From NCBI GenBank assembly GCA_963662465.1, contig OY759599.1:4005403-4037402 (forward strand): a stretch of 32,000 nucleotides of DNA, written 5' to 3'. The DNA is from Desulfatiglandales bacterium (GTDB taxonomy: Bacteria > Desulfobacterota > DSM-4660 > Desulfatiglandales > Desulfatiglandaceae). Of this stretch, positions 1 to 8,845 are shown in pieces; the stretch's first letter is position 1; each line of letters starts with the position of its first letter. Under the pieces are notes generated by a model, which searched no databases, was not told where the DNA came from, and was given only the letters and a program-made list of their open reading frames with translations. A program made the translations under genes and the position numbers.

Positions 1-1285
1 GGTAATCGGTCAGCCCGCGCATATACCGGGATTCCGCCACCCGTTGGGTGGCGCGGGCTTCCAGCACAAAACTCAGGACATCCTCGCGACGCTCAATCTG
101 TTTTTTGCGGGTTAAAAGCGCATTTTCAACCTCTCTAAAGGCATTCAGCACCGCTTTAGCGTATGCGGCAACCCCTTGGGCATATCGTGCTTCGGCGGCC
201 CGTTGATTGGCCTTTAACCGACCGGCATCGAAGAGCGGCTGCGCCAGAGCCGCGGCCAAACTCCAGGCAGCCCCGGGCTGAAAGAGGTTGAACAATTCTT
301 CGCTGGCATAGCCGTAGGCCCCCGTCAAATTGATACTGGGAAAACGGCTGGCCTTGGCCACACCGATCTGCGCATTTAAGGCCTTCAGCTGCGCTTCGGC
401 CGCCCGAATATCCGGTCTGCGCAGCAGCAGTTCACTGGGAAGACCAGGCGGTATGGCCCTGAGCTTCTTGTAATAGTCCTCGGGCTGAGAATAGGGTTTA
501 TGGGTTTTGGGATATTCCCCGGAAAGCACGGAAAGGGCCTGCTGTGCGGCGCCCAGTTCCTGCCTGAGCTGAGGGATATTTCCCCTTGCCTGGTTCAAGG
601 TCCGCCGGGCCTGTCTGAGATCCAGAATGCTGGTCAGGCCCCGCTTATAACGCCGCTCCACGAATGTGACGCTTTCCTGGTAATTATTCAAGCTTTGAAG
701 GGTGATCTGGATCCGTCTTTCAAGGGATTGAATTTGCAAATAAAGGCTGATGGCCTCGGACACCAGACTCTGGGACAGGGTCAGCCGATTTTCTTCCTCT
801 TGCAACAATTGGGCGCGTGCGGCTTCTTCGGCCCGTGCATATTTCCCCCACAGGTCCACCTCATAAGAGGCCGGCAGGGAAGCGCTGTACTGGCTCACGG
901 TTCCACCCATGGGAATCCCCGCGAAAAACGATTCGGGCTCATGTTGCCGTTGCGCGCCGCCTTGAACTCCAAGCGTGGGAAAACGATCCGCCCGCGTCTG
1001 AATGACCTGGTATTGCAATTCCAAAATACGCGCGGCGGCCTGCTGAAGATCCGGATTGTTTTTCAGCACCCGGTTCACCAAACTGTTAATCTCAGCATCT
1101 CCAAAAACCTCCCACCATCGATCCTCTGCTGTAACGGCAATCGCATTTTTGGGTGTATACTGAAACTTTTCCGGCGGGGACAGCTGAAGATCCGGTTTTT
1201 TAAAATCCGGCCCCATCTTCATGCACCCACCAACCATCAGACAGAGGACCAGCAACATCCAAAATAACACCCTCACCGGTCTCAT
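1..1285 (-). CDS. RND efflux system outer membrane factor lipoprotein (NodT/TolC-like), 3' end truncated by window edge
   Basis: Hand translation of the minus strand from ATG 1285..1283 gives MRPVRVLFWMLLVLCLMVGGCMKMGPDFKKPDL..., a signal peptide plus lipobox (L-M-V-G-G-C). The frame is still open at the window edge (...EARATQRVAESRYMRGLTDY). The start overlaps the tetR stop (ATGA at 1282-1285). It is absent from the ORF track because it runs off the edge. The + ORF 500..1267 is its antisense shadow. Confidence 0.8.
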   Translation of the reverse strand, partial: MRPVRVLFWMLLVLCLMVGGCMKMGPDFKKPDLQLSPPEKFQYTPKNAIAVTAEDRWWEVFGDAEINSLVNRVLKNNPDLQQAAARILELQYQVIQTRADRFPTLGVQGGAQRQHEPESFFAGIPMGGTVSQYSASLPASYEVDLWGKYARAEEAARAQLLQEEENRLTLSQSLVSEAISLYLQIQSLERRIQITLQSLNNYQESVTFVERRYKRGLTSILDLRQARRTLNQARGNIPQLRQELGAAQQALSVLSGEYPKTHKPYSQPEDYYKKLRAIPPGLPSELLLRRPDIRAAEAQLKALNAQIGVAKASRFPSINLTGAYGYASEELFNLFQPGAAWSLAAALAQPLFDAGRLKANQRAAEARYAQGVAAYAKAVLNAFREVENALLTRKKQIERREDVLSFVLEARATQRVAESRYMRGLTDY

Positions 1286-1935
1286 GGGTTGCCTCCCTTC
1301 CCAACGCCATTCAACCCACTGAGGCAGAATTGAACCACATGTTCCACCAGTTCATCCTTGAACCGGGCATCATATTCCCGGCCCGTAATGCGCATCACCG
1401 GGTTTCTGGCAAAATTAAAATGGATCACCATACTGATAATGCTCTGAATCTGAAGCAGCAACGATACCTGCCCCATCTCCCGGTCCATGAAAGGACGAAT
1501 CAAGTCCGCCAGCTTTTGCTGAAAGGGCCCGATCACCTCTCCCACAACCATTTCAAAGGCCTCCGTGGGCTTGGCCATTTCCCGAACCATTAACTGGGAG
1601 TGACGTAACCGTTCATCGTCTGAAAGCGGTCCCTTGATAAACGCTTCCGCCACCGCACGGACAATGCCCGCCAGCGTCACCTCTCTTTTAGCCCCAAGAA
1701 TACTCTCGAAGCGTGCCAGAACCCGTTTGGCCCTGGGTTTCCAGAGGCATCTGAACACCTCCATGTAAAGATTTTCCTTATTGCCGAAATGGTAATTCAC
1801 CGCGGCCAGATTGCAATGAGCCGCTTTTGTAATTTCACGAATGGTCACCGCATAATAGCCGCGCTCCGCAAACAGGGCTTCCGCTTCACACAGGATTCGT
1901 TCTCTTGGGATATCGACCTTTGGGGTCCCCGCCAT
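1282..1935 (-). CDS. TetR/AcrR family transcriptional regulator
   Basis: 217 aa. The N-terminal HTH is typical of TetR (ERGYYAVTIREITKAAHCNLAAVNYHFGNKENLY). An SD (GGAGG) lies upstream of the ATG. The gene is translationally coupled to the downstream efflux OMF gene. Confidence 0.9.
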   Translation of the reverse strand: MAGTPKVDIPRERILCEAEALFAERGYYAVTIREITKAAHCNLAAVNYHFGNKENLYMEVFRCLWKPRAKRVLARFESILGAKREVTLAGIVRAVAEAFIKGPLSDDERLRHSQLMVREMAKPTEAFEMVVGEVIGPFQQKLADLIRPFMDREMGQVSLLLQIQSIISMVIHFNFARNPVMRITGREYDARFKDELVEHVVQFCLSGLNGVGKGGNP

Positions 1936-1959
1936 AATATTTAAACCTCCGTTTCATAC

Positions 1960-1984
1960 AAACATATGTATTAAACAGATGTTT
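1960..1984. promoter_or_regulatory. Two adjacent 12-bp imperfect palindromes, candidate TetR operators
   Basis: AAACATATGTAT (1960-1971) and AAACAGATGTTT (1973-1984), each of form AAACA-NN-TGTNT. They lie 25-50 nt upstream of the tetR start codon. Confidence 0.4.
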
Positions 1985-2093
1985 TAATGTCAAGGGTTTT
2001 TTACATTCTTAAAAAACGCAAAAAGCAGGCTAGAGTGTGAAAATAATTTGAAAACCGTAAACGTAAACCAAGAGGGAGGGGGTAAACAGGCCT

Positions 2094-2474
2094 TTAATCA
2101 CAATGTTCCGGTTCGATGTCAAAAATTAAAGCGATCGCCTTCTTTATGGCGTCAACTTCAGCGATTGTGACGTTCCCGATCCTGTTGACAAATCTCTTAT
2201 GGCTCAGGGCCCTGACCTGGAAACAGTCAACTGCCGATTTTTTTTGAAGGCCATTAACCGCATTTGGATTTAGGATCACAAAAAAGGGATTTTCCTCCCA
2301 ATACGGACTCCACGAGGTGATAGGAACAACAATCGCCAGCCTGAGATGTTTCTCATGACCGCCATTCAAGACAATGACCGGACGCGTTTTTCTAATTTCA
2401 TCACCCATTGTTGGCGCAAGATTGACCCAGTAGAGTTCACCTGTTTTCAAAATCTTCCCCTTCGATGTTTTCAA
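2094..2474 (-). CDS. mazF: Type II toxin, PemK/MazF family endoribonuclease
   Basis: 126 aa. GELYWVNLAPTMGDEIRKTRPVIVLN aligns by eye with the MazF N-terminal GDLIWVDFDPTKGSEQAGHRPAVVLS block. It is paired with a small upstream ORF. Confidence 0.85.
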   Translation of the reverse strand: MKTSKGKILKTGELYWVNLAPTMGDEIRKTRPVIVLNGGHEKHLRLAIVVPITSWSPYWEENPFFVILNPNAVNGLQKKSAVDCFQVRALSHKRFVNRIGNVTIAEVDAIKKAIALIFDIEPEHCD

Positions 2475-2679
2475 AAAGGTTATGATATTCCCCTTTTCCG
2501 ATCATTTCCATGGCCTTTAGCCTCTTTAACACTCGAAGTCTTTTTCGATCTTCCCGCACTTTGGCATTGATCGCCTCGCGTATATACTCGCTCAAACTTC
2601 TGTACTCCAACTCTTTATATACTTTTTTGATGAAGCTGTAATTTTCGGGCTCGATTTGAATTTTGGTCTGGATCAGCAT
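2437..2679 (-). CDS. Antitoxin partner of MazF-like toxin (ribbon-helix-helix/CopG-like by appearance)
   Basis: 80 aa, immediately upstream of the toxin and overlapping it by 38 nt. YRSLSEYIREAINAKV resembles RHH antitoxins. The tail is acidic. Confidence 0.6.
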   Translation of the reverse strand: MLIQTKIQIEPENYSFIKKVYKELEYRSLSEYIREAINAKVREDRKRLRVLKRLKAMEMIGKGEYHNLFENIEGEDFENR

Positions 2680-2758
2680 GCGCTATCCCCCTGTTTTCCT
2701 GCTTTGAAACAACCATCAATAAAAAAAACGGTCTCTGCCGCAGACAGCCAAGGCATCC

Positions 2759-2787
2759 ATTGTGAGCAAATATAGGCCTTATGTCAA
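2759..2787 (-). promoter_or_regulatory. Sigma70-like promoter candidate for the MazEF-like operon
   Basis: On the minus strand: TTGACA (2787..2782), 17-nt spacer, CACAAT (2764..2759). This lies about 80 nt upstream of the antitoxin ATG. Confidence 0.4.
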
Positions 2788-2822
2788 GGGACATTAAATA
2801 GGGGCACCTGTTCCTTTTTTAA

Positions 2823-2847
2823 GCTAACAGCTAACGGCTAACGGCTG
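2823..2847. repeat. Tandem heptamer repeat GCTAAC(A/G) x3.5
   Basis: gctaaca gctaacg gctaacg gctg, read directly. It lies just downstream of the stop of the CoA-transferase gene (2853). Confidence 0.8.
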
Positions 2848-2852
2848 TATTT

Positions 2853-4100
2853 TCATGGCAAAAGATCGGATACGACCCCAGCCGCCATGAGTTCTTTGAT
2901 TTCGGGGTCCGTATAACCATTTTCCCGAAGAACCATTACGGTATGTTCGCCCAGTTTCGGGGCCAGGGTGCGGGTTCCGGCGCTGCATGCACTGAAATGA
3001 ATGGGATATCCCGGAATCTGAATTTTTCCCAGGGTTGGGTCCTCAAAATCGACCACATAATCATTGGCCAGCGCCTGAGGATCATTTTTAACCTCGCTGA
3101 TATGCTGAATTGAGCAGAACATGAGACCGCGGGCCAGAAATATGGCCATCCACTCATCCCGTGTTTTGGCGGCAAAGACCCCATCGAAGTAATCCATTAA
3201 TGCCGAGCTGTTGGTCGCTCTGGCCCCACCGTCCGCATATCGGGGATCGGAAATCAGTTGGGGCTGCCCCGTGGCCTCACAGAAGCTTGACCAGTATTTC
3301 TCTTCCGGGTGATGTGCGCCGATAATCCATTCTCCGTCCCGGCATAGAAAAAAGTTTCGCAAGGGAGAGTGATTTTTTCGGTCATGATGCACAACGGGTT
3401 CAATGGAGAGGAGATTGCCGATCATCAAGGTCGGGTGCATCAACCATTGCGCCGTTCCGAATAGAGACACGTGAACTTCCTGCCCCATCCCACGTCGTTC
3501 GCGAACAAACAGGGCTGTGATAATGGCGTGGCTCAGCGTAATGGACGTGGCCTGATCCAAAATGCCGATATGCATCAGAAGCGGCTCATCGGTCCCCGAA
3601 ACAAACATCATACCCGAACGGGCCAATCCCAGGGGATCAAAGGCCCCCAGATCGCTCATAGGTCCCTCGGGTCCGTATCCGGACACATTGGCATGGATCA
3701 AGCGGGGATTTACCCGGGACAGGGTCGCATAATCGATCCCGATCTTTGCTTTGGTGCTTTTGCGAAGGTTGGTCAGAAAAACATCCGATGTTTTGATAAA
3801 ATCATGGAAAACCGCTCTCCCCCTGGGATGATTAATATCCAGACAGATTCCTTTTTTACCGCGGTTAGAGGCTTGAAACATGACGCTTTCGCCTCCCGGC
3901 AGCGACAGGTCCAACTGACCCAATCGCGTCCAATAGCGCTCCGGATCTCCTTCCGTGGGCTCAATCTTGATCACTTCGGCGCCAAGATCTCCCAGAATGC
4001 CGCCGGCGCCGGGTCCGGCGTGAAAGAGGCCATATTCCAAAACACGGATTCCCTCCAGGGGGCGCGGCAAGCTGTTTTCTTGTTTTTCACTTTCAATCAT
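2853..4100 (-). CDS. Family III CoA-transferase (CaiB/BaiF/Frc-type)
   Basis: 415 aa. N-terminal RVLEYGLFHAGPGAGGILGDLGAEVIKIEP and mid-protein GAFDPLGLARSGMMF (the catalytic Asp region) are typical of family III CoA-transferases. Confidence 0.9.
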   Translation of the reverse strand: MIESEKQENSLPRPLEGIRVLEYGLFHAGPGAGGILGDLGAEVIKIEPTEGDPERYWTRLGQLDLSLPGGESVMFQASNRGKKGICLDINHPRGRAVFHDFIKTSDVFLTNLRKSTKAKIGIDYATLSRVNPRLIHANVSGYGPEGPMSDLGAFDPLGLARSGMMFVSGTDEPLLMHIGILDQATSITLSHAIITALFVRERRGMGQEVHVSLFGTAQWLMHPTLMIGNLLSIEPVVHHDRKNHSPLRNFFLCRDGEWIIGAHHPEEKYWSSFCEATGQPQLISDPRYADGGARATNSSALMDYFDGVFAAKTRDEWMAIFLARGLMFCSIQHISEVKNDPQALANDYVVDFEDPTLGKIQIPGYPIHFSACSAGTRTLAPKLGEHTVMVLRENGYTDPEIKELMAAGVVSDLLP

Positions 4101-4123
4101 ATGAGAAACATCTCCAATAGAAA

Positions 4124-4594
4124 TTAGCGGAATCCCAGGCTAAGCCGGTACATCCAATTCAGGAAAAAAACGGCGGCAATGATCCACCACGCATAAGGTG
4201 ATTTAAGCATCCGGTAAACCCCGGACTCTATCCTCACCCCCAACAACAGTGCGGCTGAATGCCAGGCAAAAAAGGCGACCATCAAACCATAAACCCCCAG
4301 GGAAAGAGGGCAATTGCGCACCGCAAATTGCCAGTCACCCGCTGATATGGCCCAGAACGAACGGGTAAACCCGCAAAACGGGCACGGAAAACCGGTCAAA
4401 TATAAAAATGTGCATTTTTTCAGGGGAAGGATATCACGGGAAACCCATTGGGGTAGAACCAATCCCAAGCCGGTTATCAAGGCCATGGGCAAATGCGCCA
4501 CCACCACGTCCCAGTAAGAAGTGGGTTTCATCCATACCATGTTGCCGGTTACATGATGATGACGTTGTTCTTTGTAACGACGATCGTCCCGCAA
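4124..4594 (-). CDS. DUF2752 family membrane protein
   Basis: 156 aa, several TM segments, CPFCGFTRS motif characteristic of DUF2752. The track start is a TTG. An internal ATG at 4540 is an alternative, so the start is uncertain. Confidence 0.7.
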   Translation of the reverse strand: MRDDRRYKEQRHHHVTGNMVWMKPTSYWDVVVAHLPMALITGLGLVLPQWVSRDILPLKKCTFLYLTGFPCPFCGFTRSFWAISAGDWQFAVRNCPLSLGVYGLMVAFFAWHSAALLLGVRIESGVYRMLKSPYAWWIIAAVFFLNWMYRLSLGFR

Positions 4595-4600
4595 GACGTA

Positions 4601-5218
4601 TCACGAATCCAGAGATTCTACCGCAACACCATCAAAAATCTCCCGGTACGCCACGGTAAGAATACACACCTGAATGGGCAACGTAAAAACAACGCCAATG
4701 CCGCAGGCCACCGCCCCAATGCCGCCGATCAGGTTCGATACAATGGAGAAGCCCAGAAAAGGCCAGAAATTGCGTTTCACCATATTGAAGCTTGCAACGG
4801 AGGCCGGCCAGAATTCCATTTTTTTATCCACAATGAGAAACATGCCGAACATCAGCAACGCATGGGCCACAAAGACAACGAAAAGGGACGCCAGTTGACC
4901 GAGGCAGGGAACGAGACCCAGGATAAGGCTCACCACAAAGATGGCAACCCCCCAAACAACAAAAAAAAGAAAACTGTTCAGAAAAAAATCAAACCCCCTC
5001 AAAAGGTTTCCCACCTCGGGCTGAGGTTCTTTTCGGTCGTGCAATTGAAATACAATGAGAAGGATACCCGCCGCCATGGGGCCGGCGAGGACCCCGACAG
5101 TGATGCTGCCGACAATTACGGCAATCAGGGAAGCCAGTACAAGAATACCGAAATTTTCCTTGTAAAGGTTGAAACCCCGCTCAATCCACTCTCCAAATTT
5201 GACATCTATTTTATCCAT
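4601..5218 (-). CDS. Polytopic membrane protein, function unknown
   Basis: I prefer the start at ATG 5218 (MDKIDVKFGEW...) because GGAGGAGG lies 5 nt upstream. The track start at 5260 lacks an SD. There are about 5-6 hydrophobic segments. Confidence 0.7.
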   Translation of the reverse strand: MDKIDVKFGEWIERGFNLYKENFGILVLASLIAVIVGSITVGVLAGPMAAGILLIVFQLHDRKEPQPEVGNLLRGFDFFLNSFLFFVVWGVAIFVVSLILGLVPCLGQLASLFVVFVAHALLMFGMFLIVDKKMEFWPASVASFNMVKRNFWPFLGFSIVSNLIGGIGAVACGIGVVFTLPIQVCILTVAYREIFDGVAVESLDS

Positions 5219-5278
5219 GTGCCTCCTCCAACAATAATAGTTAAATTTACCCTGTCTCACACCATTTTAACGGCGCAT

Positions 5279-5782
5279 TTATGGATTGCCGTTTAAAACA
5301 ACCCAGAGTTTTGTTCCTATATGCAAAACTGTTTTCGAATTTATTTTGTTCAGGCGACACAATTGATCAACGCTCATGTTGTGCTGCTGCGCAATGCGGA
5401 ACAGGCTGTCCCCACGTTTAACAACATAAGCCTGTTTTCCCTTTTTATTTTTATCGAGCCGCACCACCTTTTTGTTTTTATCAGGCCGCGCCGCTTTGGC
5501 TGGGGGCGCAACAGTCTTCTTTGGAACAACCGGGGCAAGACGCGCTGTAATCGCCCGCTCCCAGGCATCCATGGATTGCTGGAGTTTTCGAAGTTCAACC
5601 TCCAGGAAAGCCGTCTTTTTCGAGGATTTTTCAATGTTTGCCAGCCTGTCTTCTATTTTCTCAAGCCTTGATTTGATCGAACTGACGTCCTTGGATACTT
5701 TTTTATCGGAGCATCCAAATAGACAACTACCCAAAAACACCACAAAAAGGGCGCCGTAAAACATGCCAAGGCATTTTTTCAT
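5279..5782 (-). CDS. LysM domain lipoprotein
   Basis: 167 aa. Signal peptide with lipobox-like LFGCS, a coiled-coil middle, and a C-terminal LysM (YVVKRGDSLFRIAQQHNMSVDQLCRLNKI). Confidence 0.8.
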   Translation of the reverse strand: MKKCLGMFYGALFVVFLGSCLFGCSDKKVSKDVSSIKSRLEKIEDRLANIEKSSKKTAFLEVELRKLQQSMDAWERAITARLAPVVPKKTVAPPAKAARPDKNKKVVRLDKNKKGKQAYVVKRGDSLFRIAQQHNMSVDQLCRLNKINSKTVLHIGTKLWVVLNGNP

Positions 5783-5941
5783 TTAACATTCCTTTCTTTG
5801 CGAATTTTCTTTGTGAGAGATTAAACATTTTCAAAGCTTCAGGTCAATCCATTTTTTACATAGAACACATGCATCGTGCCCCTACTTGAATTTCACGGTA
5901 AGGGATGATACAAAAGCAAAAATACAATAATAGGATCAGCG

Positions 5942-6973
5942 ATGTGGAATTCACTTTTATCATTATTTACGCATACGGGAATCAAAAATCTTCGATTCCT
6001 TCAACACATCCGCCAACCGGTAGTCGTGATGTTTTTGCTCATTTTAATGCTGTCATTAATATTCTTCAATGAGCATTGCAGCGCGAAACAAAGCAGTCCC
6101 CTCCCCCCCGAACCGATTCCCTCCAAACAGCTGCAACAGACGCTGGATCAGGTCGTGGCCATGAACCTCAAGGAGCAACCCGGCCTCGCACCCAACCAAG
6201 TGCATTTGGCACTCATTGACATGTCAAAGCCCGGACGACCCCGACTGGCCCAATATAACGGTCGTAAACCCGTTTACCCCTCAAGCGTCATCAAAATGAT
6301 TTATATGGGGTATGTTTACCACCTGGCCAGGGAAGGCACTCTCAACATCACCCCCCAGGTTCATCAAAAACTCTATCAGATGATACACCCTTCCAGCAAC
6401 ACAGCCACAGCCTGGATTGTTGATTTATGGAGCCGAACATCAGGAGAAGAAATCCGGTCGCCTGAAGCCTATGAAGCATTTTCATTTAAGCGAAATGCCT
6501 GTAATCGCTGGCTGCGCTCCCTGGAAATTGACCCCATCAACGCCTGTCAGAAAACATGGGGTTCGCCCATACCGCCCGGTGAAAAGCAGTTTTTGAGAAA
6601 TGGGAAATCCCCGGGCCACCCCTGGATCAATCGGAATTCCATGACGGCGGTTGCCGCCGCCAGGTTTCTTCAGATCCTGGCCCGAAATGCACTGGTGGAC
6701 CCTGAAAGCTGCAACGAAATGCGGAAACTAATGGTCAGAGACGTTAAAAATCAGTCCTACCAACAAATGAGAATCGCGGGAGGAATACCAGGAGGAGCAA
6801 CGGTTTTTTCAAAAACCGGCACCACCGCCGACACATTCCATGATGCCGGCATTGTGACACTGCCCGATGGTCGAAAATTCGTTTTAACGGTTTTCATTAC
6901 AGGAAAATACAGAGGCGCCTTTATTCGGGATGTATCACGGGATGTATGCACCTATTTCATGAAAAAGAAATGA
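5942..6973 (+). CDS. Secreted serine hydrolase, class A beta-lactamase-like fold
   Basis: 343 aa. N-terminal hydrophobic signal, S-x-x-K (SVIK), an SSN element in place of SDN, and KTG (SKTGTT). Confidence 0.7.
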   Translation: MWNSLLSLFTHTGIKNLRFLQHIRQPVVVMFLLILMLSLIFFNEHCSAKQSSPLPPEPIPSKQLQQTLDQVVAMNLKEQPGLAPNQVHLALIDMSKPGRPRLAQYNGRKPVYPSSVIKMIYMGYVYHLAREGTLNITPQVHQKLYQMIHPSSNTATAWIVDLWSRTSGEEIRSPEAYEAFSFKRNACNRWLRSLEIDPINACQKTWGSPIPPGEKQFLRNGKSPGHPWINRNSMTAVAAARFLQILARNALVDPESCNEMRKLMVRDVKNQSYQQMRIAGGIPGGATVFSKTGTTADTFHDAGIVTLPDGRKFVLTVFITGKYRGAFIRDVSRDVCTYFMKKK

Positions 6974-6980
6974 ACGTCCG

Positions 6981-8075
6981 TTAAAGGGTGTACCCATCCT
7001 CCTCAAAAAGCGCCACACAAGCATCCACCACCCGTACATCAAAAGTTGTTCCGCGTCCGGCCTTGATTTCCGCCAACGCTTTTTCAATACCCAGTGCCGG
7101 TCGATACGGTCTGTGGGAGGACATGCTCTCCACCACATCCGCAACCGCCAAAATCCTTGATTCCAACAAAATTTCGTCCCCTTTAAGGCCAAAGGGATAG
7201 CCTGAACCGTCCAGACGTTCGTGATGCTGAAGCTCAATCTGGGCCACGGGCCATGGAAAATCAATGGTTTTCAAGATATCATAACCCACCTGGGGGTGAG
7301 ACTTAATCAATTCAAATTCATTAGCCCTTATTTTCCCCGGTTTATTTAGTATTTCAAAAGGAACATAGATCTTCCCCAGGTCATGGATGGAACCCGCCAT
7401 GCGAATACCATCCACCTGATCCGGGGGAAGACCCATTTTTTGGGCGATGGCCCGTGAAAGATCGGCCACCCGACGCTGGTGCCCAGCCGTGTAGGGGTCC
7501 CGGGCTTCCGCCGTCAAAGCCAAGGCTTGAATGGTTGCCTCCAGGGATTTTCGCAGTTGGGTCAAGGTTTTTTTCAGTTCTTCCTCGTTACTTCTCAACT
7601 GCCGGGTTCTCTCCTGAACCCTTTTTTCCAGACCCTGGTTCAGGTCGATCAATTCCCGGTTCTGTTCTTCCGTCAATCGCGTCAACTCCCGGTGTTCGTC
7701 GACAAGACGGTACTGGCCAATGGCATCCTTCACAGTCTGCTTCAGCTCACGGATTTCCCAGGGTTTGGTGACAAAACGGAAAACGGCGCCTTGATTAATC
7801 GCCTTGATAACGGTCTCTGTTTCAGCATAACCGGTCATGAGAATACGCACGGTATCCGGCCATCTCTCGCGCACCTCTCCAAGAAAGGCGGTCCCATCCA
7901 TTTCCGGCATCATCTGGTCCGACACCACCACGCAAAAAGGATTTTTTTCCATCTCCTTGATCGCTTTTGAAGGCGTGTCAAAGGTAAATACTTCATAGGG
8001 TTCCCGCTCGAAAATCCGGCTCAGGGTCCCCAGAACAAGCTCCTCGTCGTCAACAAAAGCAATCCGTTCAGGCAC
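6981..8075 (-). CDS. Response regulator with HD-GYP domain (RpfG family c-di-GMP phosphodiesterase)
   Basis: 364 aa, GTG start with AGAGG SD. N-terminal REC (VVSDQMMPEMDG), a coiled-coil linker, and an HD...HHERLDGSGYP motif. Confidence 0.9.
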   Translation of the reverse strand: MPERIAFVDDEELVLGTLSRIFEREPYEVFTFDTPSKAIKEMEKNPFCVVVSDQMMPEMDGTAFLGEVRERWPDTVRILMTGYAETETVIKAINQGAVFRFVTKPWEIRELKQTVKDAIGQYRLVDEHRELTRLTEEQNRELIDLNQGLEKRVQERTRQLRSNEEELKKTLTQLRKSLEATIQALALTAEARDPYTAGHQRRVADLSRAIAQKMGLPPDQVDGIRMAGSIHDLGKIYVPFEILNKPGKIRANEFELIKSHPQVGYDILKTIDFPWPVAQIELQHHERLDGSGYPFGLKGDEILLESRILAVADVVESMSSHRPYRPALGIEKALAEIKAGRGTTFDVRVVDACVALFEEDGYTL

Positions 8076-8289
8076 GTTTTACCTCTCTGGCATCAGCTAT
8101 CCGGCAAAATCTCAATTTGAAATTCCGGCTTCAATATAGTCATGAAACCCACTGGTACAAACAAAACACAAAGACTTAGTATAAGAAAGTTAAGATTGTT
8201 CGTCAAGGTAACATTGGAAAGCGCATTAGAGAAGAAAATGAATGAAGAGAGTCAATAATAAATCGAAACCGGTGAGGCGGCAACGTGAG

Positions 8290-8649
8290 TTAGCTCCTTG
8301 GATATGAAACGCACAGTTCTATTGCGGCTTGATTGAGACGTCGATCAAAAGTCCAAAGAACAACATTGTCGATAATTGCGGAAGCTAATAGATGGATATC
8401 TACGTATCCAAGGCCACGCCCCATTAGTGAATTATTTTCGATAAATTCCAAAACTTCTATAGTCTCAACAATAGGTGTTGAGGGAAGTGCCTGGAGAAGC
8501 ATTAAAATTTCCGTGCCTAAGTTACCACAGGCTAATTCTCCGATAATAAACGGATGGCAAGCAACAAAGCCAATATTCAAATGAGAAATGAGTTCAGCAT
8601 CAGATTCTCTAAAATGATTGATCCAAACATTTGTGTCGGCAAGAATCAT
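8290..8649 (-). CDS. vapC: PIN-domain toxin VapC
   Basis: I prefer ATG 8649 (MILADTNVWINHF...). It sits 1 nt after the antitoxin stop (TAA 8653..8651). The N-terminal D-T-N acidic motif is typical of PIN domains. Confidence 0.85.
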   Translation of the reverse strand: MILADTNVWINHFRESDAELISHLNIGFVACHPFIIGELACGNLGTEILMLLQALPSTPIVETIEVLEFIENNSLMGRGLGYVDIHLLASAIIDNVVLWTFDRRLNQAAIELCVSYPRS

Positions 8650-8650
8650 T

Positions 8651-8845
8651 TTATAGCTCCGATCTCCGGCGACTTGGCATCCGGATTTTTTTCTCGCTTC
8701 CCCCAAGTGCAGCCAAACGCTTACTACTCTCCAGAGTAATCAGGGCTTCAAGTCCCTTGCGGACAAGCGCTGTTTTTTCATTTATTCCTGTGAGTTTTGC
8801 GGCTCTTTCGACAAGAGCGTTTTCAATATTTAACGTTGTTCTCAT
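8651..8845 (-). CDS. vapB: VapB-type antitoxin
   Basis: 64 aa (MRTTLNIENALVERAAKLTGINEKTALVRKGLEALI...), directly upstream of the PIN toxin. GGAGGAG SD. Confidence 0.8.
   Translation of the reverse strand: MRTTLNIENALVERAAKLTGINEKTALVRKGLEALITLESSKRLAALGGSEKKIRMPSRRRSEL

Noticed and set aside
500-1267. 255-aa + strand ORF
   Set aside because: It is the antisense shadow of the OMF lipoprotein gene. It has no SD and a low-complexity, Gly/Pro/Leu-rich translation, while the minus frame gives a recognisable lipoprotein.
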